This document shows positions 1-6,518 of a DNA stretch of 64,000 nt, piece by piece (position 1 is the first letter of the stretch; each line of letters starts with the position of its first letter). The stretch is from Candidatus Eiseniibacteriota bacterium (lineage in GTDB: Bacteria; Eisenbacteria; RBG-16-71-46), in contig JBGPFC010000007.1 of assembly GCA_041483195.1 (NCBI GenBank), positions 32,001-96,000 of the forward strand, in the 5' to 3' direction. The translations under genes were made by a program, and so were the position numbers. The notes below the pieces were generated by a model. That model saw only the letters and a program-made list of their open reading frames with translations, made no database searches and was not told where the DNA came from.

Positions 1-786
1 GGCGAAGCTGAGCGGCTGCCCGGAGCTGGTGGTGAAGAAGAGATACGAGAGCCCGGCGTGCTCGAACAGGTGCGGGGACTCGACGAGGTCGTTGTAGCTG
101 TACGCCGTATAGGTGATCCAGAGCGGGCCGAGATCGGTCCAGCGCGTGAAGTCGCCGTCTGAGGCCGCCACTGCGGCGACCATCGAGGCATGGTCGCTGT
201 CGGGCGCGGTGCTGTAGAGCATGAGCCAGCGCCCCGGCACGGATGGATCGGGCATGACGAATGGATCCCTGAAGGGCGCGCCCGAGGTGGTGTCGCACCA
301 GCACCACGGCACCCCGTCGCAACCGAGGACCGGCTGATCCATGCGATTCCACTGCACGAGATCGGTGGAGGTCGCGACGCCGATCCGCTGGTGGAGCCCG
401 AAGCTCCCGGGCCCGTCGGCGACCCCGGTGTAGAAGAGGTAGTACACACTGTCGCGCTCGACGATGCTGGGCGCCCACACGTGGCTGCTGTCCCATCCGC
501 TGTCGCTGACCGCCATGACCGGCTCGAGCTGGGTCCACTGGTAGAGGTCGTTCGACACCGCGTGGCCCAGATCACGCTCGGTCAGGTTCGAAGGCAGCGA
601 GGTGTTGTTGCGGATGTAGAACAGGTGGTACGTCCCGTCGCGCTTGACGAGCGTGAAATCCTTGGCTCGAATGGGATAGGGTGCCACCATCCACGACGCC
701 CACGAGGGGTCGGCGTTCAGAACGCCGAGCCAGCTCGCGACCATCGCGACCATGAGCCGGAGGCGGGGCGGGGAAGCCAGGTTCAT
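1..786 (-). CDS. Secreted glycoside hydrolase, GH32/GH43-like five-bladed beta-propeller (partial, runs off window start)
   Basis: Not in the ORF track; translated by hand from ATG at 786: MNLASPPRLRLMVAMVASWLGV...KDFTLVKRDGTYHLFYI...LGHAVSNDLYQW...VWAPSIV...YYLFYTG...FRDPFV...ESPHLF. Signal-like N-terminus, RDP motif and propeller repeats. Confidence 0.75.
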   Translation of the reverse strand, partial: MNLASPPRLRLMVAMVASWLGVLNADPSWASWMVAPYPIRAKDFTLVKRDGTYHLFYIRNNTSLPSNLTERDLGHAVSNDLYQWTQLEPVMAVSDSGWDSSHVWAPSIVERDSVYYLFYTGVADGPGSFGLHQRIGVATSTDLVQWNRMDQPVLGCDGVPWCWCDTTSGAPFRDPFVMPDPSVPGRWLMLYSTAPDSDHASMVAAVAASDGDFTRWTDLGPLWITYTAYSYNDLVESPHLFEHAGLSYLFFTTSSGQPLSFA

Positions 787-936
787 GTTGGCCGGACTTT
801 CGATCGAGCGTGGAGCGGGAACACAACCGGTACTGGGACCGGCGACCGGAGTATCGGCCGCCACTCGTCACCGAGTCAACGCATTTGCGCGCAACGCGCT
901 GTCAGGCAGCCTTCGACTCGCACGACAGGGGTGGGC

Positions 937-2880
937 GTGATCCAGCTGCAGAAACTCCGTTACTCGATCGGCGATCGGGTGCTCTTCGAGGACCTGGACT
1001 GGGTGCTCGCACCGGGCGACCGCGTGGCGCTGGTCGGGCCGAACGGCGCGGGCAAGACCACGCTCATCCGCGTGATGCTGGGCGAGTACCAGCCGGAATC
1101 GGGCGCGCGCGTGCTCGCGCGCGGCACGCGGCTCGGCTACCTGCCGCAGGAGGCGGCTGAGCGATTCGACGGCACGGTGCTCGACCGCGCGATGGAGGCG
1201 CATCGCCACCTGCTCGGCATGCGCGAAGAGCTCGACGCCCTCCACCAGCGGCTCTCCGGGATCCGCGCCGAGGACGCCGATCTCGAAGCGCTGCTCGAGC
1301 GCGCGGGCGAGCTGCAGCACCACCTCGAGCTCGGCGACGAGCACGCGCTCGAGCCCGAGGCGCGGCGCGTGCTGACCGGTCTCGGATTCTCGAGGCGCGA
1401 TCAGGACCGGCCGCTGGCGGAGTTCTCCGGCGGCTGGCGCATGCGCGCGGCGCTCGCCGCGCTGCTGCTCACCGACCCCACGCTGCTGTTTCTCGACGAG
1501 CCGACCAACCACCTCGATCTGCCCGCGATGGAGTGGCTCGAGGACTACCTCGAGGAATTTCACGGCGGGCTGGTGGTGGTCTCGCACGATCGCGTCTTCC
1601 TGGACCGCGTCGCGACCGAGGTCCGCGAGCTGGACCGCGGCACGCTCAGCGACTATCCCATGAAGTTCACGCAGTACCTGGAGGAGCGCGAGCTGCGCCG
1701 CGAGCGGCTCGAGGCGCAGAACGCGCAGGTCGAGAAGCGCATCGCCGAGCTGTCGCGCTTCGTCGAACGCTTCGGCGCGAAGAACACCAAGGCCGCGCAG
1801 GCCCAGAGCAAGCGCAAGATGATCGCGCGGCTCAAGACCGAGCGCGTGGTCATCCCGCACCGCGCGAAGAGCATCCGGTTTCACTTCCCCGACCCGCCGC
1901 ACGCCGGGCGCACCGTGGTCCGCCTCAAGGACGTGGCGTTCGGATACGGCGAGGCCGACGTGTTCGCGGGCGCGCGCCTCGAGATCGAACGCGGCGACAA
2001 GGTCGCGATCGTCGGCGCGAACGGCGCGGGCAAGACCACGCTGCTGCGCGTGATCGAGGGACAGCTCGAGCCCCGCGCCGGCGAGCGTGAGACCTATCCC
2101 CATACGAAGCTCGCCTACTTCGCGCAGCACGCCGCCGAGACCCTCGACGCCACCCAGACGGTGCTGGGCGCGGTCGAGGACGTGGCGCCCGCGGAGTGGC
2201 GGCCGCGGCTGCGGAGCCTGCTCGGCAACTTCCTGTTCTCGGGCGACGACGTGTTCAAGCTGTGCCGCGTGCTCTCGGGCGGCGAACGCCAGCGGGTCGC
2301 GCTCGCACGCATCCTGATGGCGCCCGCGAATCTCATCCTGCTCGACGAGCCCACCCACCACCTCGACCTGGCGGGCAAGGAAGTGCTCGAGGACGCTCTC
2401 GAGCAGTATCCGGGGGCGATCGTGGTCGTGACCCACGACCGCTCGCTGATGGCCCGGCTCGCGACCCGCATCATCGAGGTCAACGACGGGCGCGTCGTGC
2501 TCTATCCGGGCGGCTACGACGACTACGAATCGGCGCGGCTCGCGCGCGTGGCGGGCGCCGTCCCGCCGCGGGCGGACGCCACGCGCGAGCAGCCGCGGGC
2601 GGCCGTGAAGCCCGCGGCGCCCGCGACGCCCCCCCGGAAGCAGCCGGGCCGCGGGACGGAGCGCGCCGCCCGCGGTGGGCAGCCGAAACGCGACAAGGAG
2701 CTGCTGCGCATCGAGCAGGACATCGAGGCCCGCGAGGCGAAGCTTCGCGCGCTCGAGTCGCAGCTCGCCGATCCCGACATGTACCACGATGGCCCGCGCG
2801 CGAAACAGCTCGTGACCGAATACGAGCGACTGCGCGCCGAGCTGGACTCGCTGTGGGCCCGCATGGCGGAGCTGGGATAG
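937..2880 (+). CDS. ABC-F family ATP-binding protein (Uup/YheS-like)
   Basis: Two ABC domains (GPNGAGKT/FSGGW/LLFLDEPTNHLD and GANGAGKT/LSGGE/LLDEPTHHLD), no TM segments, C-terminal coiled coil. Start set at GTG 937, where homology begins. Confidence 0.92.
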   Translation: MIQLQKLRYSIGDRVLFEDLDWVLAPGDRVALVGPNGAGKTTLIRVMLGEYQPESGARVLARGTRLGYLPQEAAERFDGTVLDRAMEAHRHLLGMREELDALHQRLSGIRAEDADLEALLERAGELQHHLELGDEHALEPEARRVLTGLGFSRRDQDRPLAEFSGGWRMRAALAALLLTDPTLLFLDEPTNHLDLPAMEWLEDYLEEFHGGLVVVSHDRVFLDRVATEVRELDRGTLSDYPMKFTQYLEERELRRERLEAQNAQVEKRIAELSRFVERFGAKNTKAAQAQSKRKMIARLKTERVVIPHRAKSIRFHFPDPPHAGRTVVRLKDVAFGYGEADVFAGARLEIERGDKVAIVGANGAGKTTLLRVIEGQLEPRAGERETYPHTKLAYFAQHAAETLDATQTVLGAVEDVAPAEWRPRLRSLLGNFLFSGDDVFKLCRVLSGGERQRVALARILMAPANLILLDEPTHHLDLAGKEVLEDALEQYPGAIVVVTHDRSLMARLATRIIEVNDGRVVLYPGGYDDYESARLARVAGAVPPRADATREQPRAAVKPAAPATPPRKQPGRGTERAARGGQPKRDKELLRIEQDIEAREAKLRALESQLADPDMYHDGPRAKQLVTEYERLRAELDSLWARMAELG

Positions 2881-2886
2881 CGCCCT
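2879..2886 (+). repeat. Left target-site duplication AGCGCCCT
   Basis: Identical 8-mer immediately outside both TIRs. Confidence 0.9.
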
Positions 2887-2905
2887 GGTAGTGGTCTAGT
2901 TTGAA
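2887..2905 (+). repeat. Left terminal inverted repeat
   Basis: GGTAGTGGTCTAGTTTGAA; 16/16 and 18/19 match to the reverse complement of 5739-5757. Confidence 0.93.
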
Positions 2906-2952
2906 CACGCGGCCCCCTTCCCAAAACGGGCGTGACGTGCCACATTACGTGC

Positions 2953-3189
2953 ATGCCTGCCCGCGCAAGAAAACGCCCTCGCGATCCGAACCGGCTCGCC
3001 TTCCAAGTCGTTCAGGAAGCTACCAAGCAAACCCCAGTGGCCCCGGACACGAGAAATCCGGCCGCCGTGGCCTTGTCGAAACTCGGAGCCTCCAAGGGCG
3101 GGATGGCCCGCGCCGCGAGCCTGTCGGTCGCGCGGAGGCGGGCCATCGCCAAGAAGGCGGCTTGGTCGCGGTGGGGCAAGAAGAAGTAG
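2953..3189 (+). CDS. Small basic IS-associated protein (78 aa; KGG-like motif, putative nucleic-acid binding)
   Basis: MPARARKRPRDPNRLAFQVVQEAT...NPAAVALSKLGASKGGMARAASLS..RRRAIAKKAAWSRW; resembles small proteins I recall next to IS1-type transposases (often labelled histone H1-like or RNA-binding). Confidence 0.8.
   Translation: MPARARKRPRDPNRLAFQVVQEATKQTPVAPDTRNPAAVALSKLGASKGGMARAASLSVARRRAIAKKAAWSRWGKKK
2954..2971. promoter_or_regulatory. Palindromic operator-like motif, copy 1 (TGCCTGCCCGCGCAAGAA)
   Basis: 16/18 identical to the copy at 3656-3673; overlaps the start codon of the 78-aa gene. Confidence 0.55.
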
Positions 3190-3228
3190 GATGTGGCGCG
3201 GTTGAGAACCAATCGAAAGGGGAAAAGC

Positions 3229-3375
3229 ATGGCTAAGAACGAGAAAACCTCTTCGGAGGTTTCCAAGGCAGCCAGTGCCATTTTGCGCGCCCGCAACTCC
3301 ACCAAGAGGGTGAAGAGCGTGGCCGGTTCGGCACTCACCCAAGCCCCGGACAAGGGGAACAAGAAGAAGCCCTGA
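3229..3375 (+). CDS. Small Lys/Ser-rich hypothetical protein (48 aa)
   Basis: RBS AAAGGGGA before ATG 3229; MAKNEKTSSEVSKAASAILRARNSTKRVKSVAGSALTQ...; stop overlaps the next start (TGATG). Confidence 0.7.
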   Translation: MAKNEKTSSEVSKAASAILRARNSTKRVKSVAGSALTQAPDKGNKKKP

Positions 3376-3632
3376 TGCGGCTGGTGCTCGTGGAATGGCT
3401 GGATTCATTCGGTTGCTCGGCAACGTGGGAGCAGCTTGATGGCTGCTCCCCGCATCTTTTGACGTGTCGATCTGTCGGCTGGCTTATCCACGACGGCGAC
3501 GACTGCAAGGTGATTGTCCCGCACGTTTCGCAGCCCAATGAGGGGTGCGGGCAACAAGGCTGCGGAGACATGACGATTCCCACCCGCGCGATAGTCAGGA
3601 TGGCCGACCTGTCCGAGTCCTCGGCGGCCTAG
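3375..3632 (+). CDS. Small beta-rich hypothetical protein (85 aa, Cys-rich)
   Basis: Translationally coupled (TGATG); pattern VLVEWLDS...CRSVGWL...IP..AI like small phage/MGE proteins. Confidence 0.75.
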   Translation: MRLVLVEWLDSFGCSATWEQLDGCSPHLLTCRSVGWLIHDGDDCKVIVPHVSQPNEGCGQQGCGDMTIPTRAIVRMADLSESSAA

Positions 3633-3648
3633 CTCGATTCTTTCTTGC

Positions 3649-3677
3649 TTGACTTTGCCTGCCCGAGCAAGCATCAT
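3649..3677 (+). promoter_or_regulatory. Sigma70-like transposase promoter with palindromic operator copy 2 in the spacer
   Basis: TTGACT(3649-3654)-17 nt-CATCAT(3672-3677)-6 nt-ATG; TGCCTGCCCGAGCAAGCA (3656-3673) is 14/18 self-complementary. Confidence 0.65.
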
Positions 3678-3683
3678 GGCTAC

Positions 3684-4508
3684 ATGAACAGGTTGAGTGT
3701 TGAGGAGCAGGTTCGAATCGTGGCGGTGCTGGTCGAAGGCAACAGCCTTCGGGCAACGGCGCGAATCACCGGCTTTGCCCGCATGACGATTGAGAAGCTC
3801 CTGCGCGATCTCGGCTCGGCGTGCGCCGAGTATCAGGACGTGACGCTTCGCGGCCTGCCTTGCAAGCGCATTCAGTGCGATGAGATTTGGAGCTTCATCT
3901 ACGCGAAGCAGAAGAACCTGCCCGAGAAATTCGCCAAGGAGCCCGGCTACGGCGACACATGGACGTGGACGGCGATTTGTGCGGACACGAAGCTCGTTCC
4001 GTGCTGGCTGGTTGGCCCGAGAAACAAGCGCGCCGCTCGAGAATTCCTCTTCAACCTGTCGGTGCGGATGCGTGGCCGCTTTCAGTTGACTACTGACGGC
4101 CACACCGCCTACCCGGATGCCGTCGAGCGTGTCTTTGGCCATGAGATTGACTACGCGACGCTGACCAAGATTTTCGGGACTGACCCCCAGAACGAAGCCC
4201 GCTACAGCCCGGCGCACCTCACCGGCACGCAAGCCGCAATTATCAGCGGCGATCCGAACCGACGGCACATCTCCACAAGCTATGTCGAGCGGCAAAACCT
4301 GACCATGCGCATGAGCATGCGCCGGTTCACGAGGCTCAGCAATGGATTCAGCCGCAAGGTCGAGATGCACCAGCGTGCGATCGATCTCCACTTCATGCAT
4401 TACAACTTCTGCCGCATCCATCAGACGCTGCGCGTGACCCCGGCCATGGCGGCGGGCGTAACCAACCGGCTTTGGGATGTGGAAGACATCCTCGCCCTGC
4501 TCGACTAG
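3684..4508 (+). CDS. IS1-family DDE transposase (274 aa)
   Basis: N-terminal HTH (EGNSLRATARITG), catalytic CDEIWSF / TTDG / STSYVERQNLTMR and RRFTRLSNGFSRK motifs; single ORF with no frameshift and no zinc ribbon. Confidence 0.92.
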   Translation: MNRLSVEEQVRIVAVLVEGNSLRATARITGFARMTIEKLLRDLGSACAEYQDVTLRGLPCKRIQCDEIWSFIYAKQKNLPEKFAKEPGYGDTWTWTAICADTKLVPCWLVGPRNKRAAREFLFNLSVRMRGRFQLTTDGHTAYPDAVERVFGHEIDYATLTKIFGTDPQNEARYSPAHLTGTQAAIISGDPNRRHISTSYVERQNLTMRMSMRRFTRLSNGFSRKVEMHQRAIDLHFMHYNFCRIHQTLRVTPAMAAGVTNRLWDVEDILALLD

Positions 4509-4517
4509 GAGGAGCAC

Positions 4518-4760
4518 ATGAACAATCGCCAACGCCTTGCGTTTGCTCTCGCCTGCTGGATCGCGTGCGGGCTGATTCTGGCTCCCTGTGACCGGGCGAC
4601 CAGCCACTTTTTCAACCTCCCGGACGGCTACTATCCGAACGACATGGCGATGCTGCGATCCGGCTACGCGCCGATCGCCCGGACGGTGGATCTGGTGATC
4701 GCCGCGCTTCTCGGCGGAGCCGGGCTCACGGTGCTGCTCGGTTGGAAAAAATCGAACTGA
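4518..4760 (+). CDS. Small two-TM membrane protein (IS passenger, 80 aa)
   Basis: Strong RBS AGGAGGAG; two hydrophobic segments. Confidence 0.65.
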   Translation: MNNRQRLAFALACWIACGLILAPCDRATSHFFNLPDGYYPNDMAMLRSGYAPIARTVDLVIAALLGGAGLTVLLGWKKSN

Positions 4761-4769
4761 TCCACTAGC
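4751..4769 (+). repeat. Degenerate internal IS end-like sequence
   Basis: ATCGAACTGATCCACTAGC vs TTCAAACTAGACCACTACC (left TIR reverse complement): 13/19, conserving AACT-N3-CCACTA. Confidence 0.5.
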
Positions 4770-5619
4770 CACCTTTGACTCTTCTTTTCTCAAAGTATTT
4801 GGCCATTGTTTCTCTAGCCCCCCGCTCCCCTCTTTGAGCAGCCATCCGTTCCCGCCTATATAGTCGGTCGAGGTCCTTCACCATTGGTGAGTCCGGGCCG
4901 TCGAGCCCTCGATTTCCGTCGTGGCCGATAGAGAACACGTCGGTGGCCCGCCCGACACCAGGAGCGATCTCGCCGCGCTTCTTCGCGAAGAACACGGACA
5001 CAAGGGCGGCAGAGGCGGCCACTTCTCGCGTGTGGCCTTGGAGCATTAGGTACGAGTTCGCGTGCCAGCCGCCCGTTCCGATTGCCGCGAACCCAACCGA
5101 GTCCTCGCAACTGGGTGCGCCGCGCTTACCGATGAAGATGTGGGCACCAGTCGCGTCTACGCCGGCAATGATGCACCCGACTTCCAAGTCGTAGTCCTTG
5201 GCCGACTCGGCTAGACCACCAATCAGCATCTCGACAAGTCCAGCGCTCAAGTTCTGCTGCTGCTGGTTAAAACTCTTCCACGTGAGCCCGTACGGGCCGA
5301 GAATGTCTGCCTCGGCCTTTGCCCTGTAGGCTGCGGTGGCGAGTCGCCCATAGGATTCAGCTACCCACCCCACTTCTGGATCGCTTGCTTCGTCGCGAGT
5401 TGCGATCAGGCTCCGAAGCTGGCTGAAGATGCCGGACTGGATCGACACGTTCCCCGCAACCATTGCGACCAGCGATTGACCGAGCCATTCGAGTTTGGAG
5501 CGTCGAGGCTCGAACTCTATGACATCCGAGGTCAACATCTGATCGGAGGCACCTAGGACCCAGTCTTGGTATTTGGTTTGGCTGCCAAACCTGCACAGCG
5601 CTGCGACGCAGACCGTCAC
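4765..5619 (-). CDS. Proteasome beta-subunit-like Ntn hydrolase (IS passenger, 284 aa)
   Basis: RBS AAGGAAGG then GTG-ACG gives M-T-V-C-V-A-A (N-terminal Thr); ASDQMLT, SKL, IIAGVD..GAHIF, FAAIGTGG..A motifs of the proteasome/HslV fold. Confidence 0.75.
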   Translation of the reverse strand: MTVCVAALCRFGSQTKYQDWVLGASDQMLTSDVIEFEPRRSKLEWLGQSLVAMVAGNVSIQSGIFSQLRSLIATRDEASDPEVGWVAESYGRLATAAYRAKAEADILGPYGLTWKSFNQQQQNLSAGLVEMLIGGLAESAKDYDLEVGCIIAGVDATGAHIFIGKRGAPSCEDSVGFAAIGTGGWHANSYLMLQGHTREVAASAALVSVFFAKKRGEIAPGVGRATDVFSIGHDGNRGLDGPDSPMVKDLDRLYRRERMAAQRGERGARETMAKYFEKRRVKGG

Positions 5620-5709
5620 AACCGGACCCTTCCTTCGTGGCGGCGACAGCGTCCTGCGCGGTTTGCGCGACGGCCTCAGCCGCGGAAAGGGGCGAGCATA
5701 GTCCGTGCC

Positions 5710-5727
5710 TACGTGCCCGCGCAAGCA
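5710..5727. promoter_or_regulatory. Palindromic operator-like motif, copy 3 (TACGTGCCCGCGCAAGCA)
   Basis: 15/18 identical to copy 2; just inside the right TIR and upstream of the Ntn gene. Confidence 0.55.
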
Positions 5728-5738
5728 ATCGGGCTGAT

Positions 5739-5757
5739 TTGAAACTAGACCACTACC
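5739..5757 (-). repeat. Right terminal inverted repeat
   Basis: TTGAAACTAGACCACTACC. Confidence 0.93.
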
Positions 5758-5765
5758 AGCGCCCT
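5758..5765 (+). repeat. Right target-site duplication AGCGCCCT
   Basis: Matches 2879-2886. Confidence 0.9.
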
Positions 5766-5772
5766 CCCCGGA

Positions 5773-5801
5773 TTGACGCGCGTCTCCCGCCCCGCTAACG
5801 T
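5773..5801 (+). promoter_or_regulatory. Sigma70-like promoter of the BMC gene (leaderless-type)
   Basis: TTGACG-17-TAACGT-8 nt-ATG(5810), no SD. Confidence 0.6.
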
Positions 5802-5809
5802 GCCGCGGC

Positions 5810-6445
5810 ATGGCCGACGTCACGCTGCGCAGCTACATCTTCCTCGACAGCCTCCAGCCGCAGCTCGCGGCGTTCATCGGCACCACCGCCCGCGGGTTCC
5901 TGCCGGTGGCGGGTGACGCATCGATGCTGATCGAGACCGCGCCGGGCCTGATCATCAATCGGATCACCGACGTCGCGCTCAAGGCGACGCAGTGCACGCC
6001 CGCGATCATGGTGGTCGAGCGCGCGTTCGGGTTGCTCGAGATCCACCATCGCGACAAGGGGCAGGTGCAGCTCGGCGGGCAGGCGGTGCTCCAGTACCTC
6101 GGCATCGACGAGCACGACCGGATGAAGCCACGCGTGGTCTCGGACCAGGTGATCCGAGCGGTCGAGCCCTATCATGCGCAGGTCATCAACAAGACGCGAT
6201 ACGGCGACATGCTGATCGCCGGCGAGAGTCTGCTCATTCTCGAGACCGAGCCGGCGGGATACATCGCGTTCGGCGCGAACGAAGCGCTCAAGGCGGCGCG
6301 CGTGAAGCTGATCGACGCTTCGTTGTTCGGCGCCTACGGGCGGCTCTACCTCTCCGGCCCCGAGGCCCAGATCGACGCGGCACGCGACGCGGCGCTGCGC
6401 GGGCTCGGCACGGTCACGGGCCGGGAAGCGAAGGGCAGCGTCTAG
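5810..6445 (+). CDS. Bacterial microcompartment shell protein, tandem permuted BMC-T (CcmP/CsoS1D-like)
   Basis: [43 protein letters not shown]...[16 protein letters not shown] signatures. Confidence 0.92.
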   Translation: MADVTLRSYIFLDSLQPQLAAFIGTTARGFLPVAGDASMLIETAPGLIINRITDVALKATQCTPAIMVVERAFGLLEIHHRDKGQVQLGGQAVLQYLGIDEHDRMKPRVVSDQVIRAVEPYHAQVINKTRYGDMLIAGESLLILETEPAGYIAFGANEALKAARVKLIDASLFGAYGRLYLSGPEAQIDAARDAALRGLGTVTGREAKGSV

Positions 6446-6450
6446 CGCGC

Positions 6451-6476
6451 CCGCGGCGGCCGCGATGCCGCCGCGG
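6451..6476. terminator. GC-rich hairpin between convergent genes
   Basis: CCGCGGCGGC-6 nt-GCCGCCGCGG perfect 10-bp stem; no U tract. Confidence 0.4.
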
Positions 6477-6518
6477 AGGGGCCCGCCGTCACCCTCCCGC
6501 GACGCCGTGGCCCGGGGC

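Larger units (their letters stand above)
2887..5757. mobile_element. IS1-family insertion sequence with passenger genes (transporter IS), 2871 bp
   Basis: Terminal inverted repeats GGTAGTGGTCTAGTTT (2887-2902) and AAACTAGACCACTACC (5742-5757); direct repeat AGCGCCCT at 2879-2886 and 5758-5765; internal IS1-type DDE transposase; visibly lower GC than flanks. Confidence 0.93.

Noticed and set aside
190..936. 249-aa N-terminal extension of the ABC-F ORF
   Set aside because: Mostly the antisense shadow of the glycoside hydrolase gene at 1-786; ABC homology starts at 937.
3189..3208. GGATGTGGCGCGGTTGAG as another internal IS end
   Set aside because: Only about 9/15 match to the TIR; too weak to support.
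3405..4793. 462-aa minus-strand ORF across the transposase
   Set aside because: Antisense shadow with no recognisable motifs; the plus strand carries clear genes.
5725..5823. ORF-track start of the Ntn gene at 5823
   Set aside because: It would cross the TIR/TSD into host DNA and overlap the BMC gene, so it is a chance open frame.
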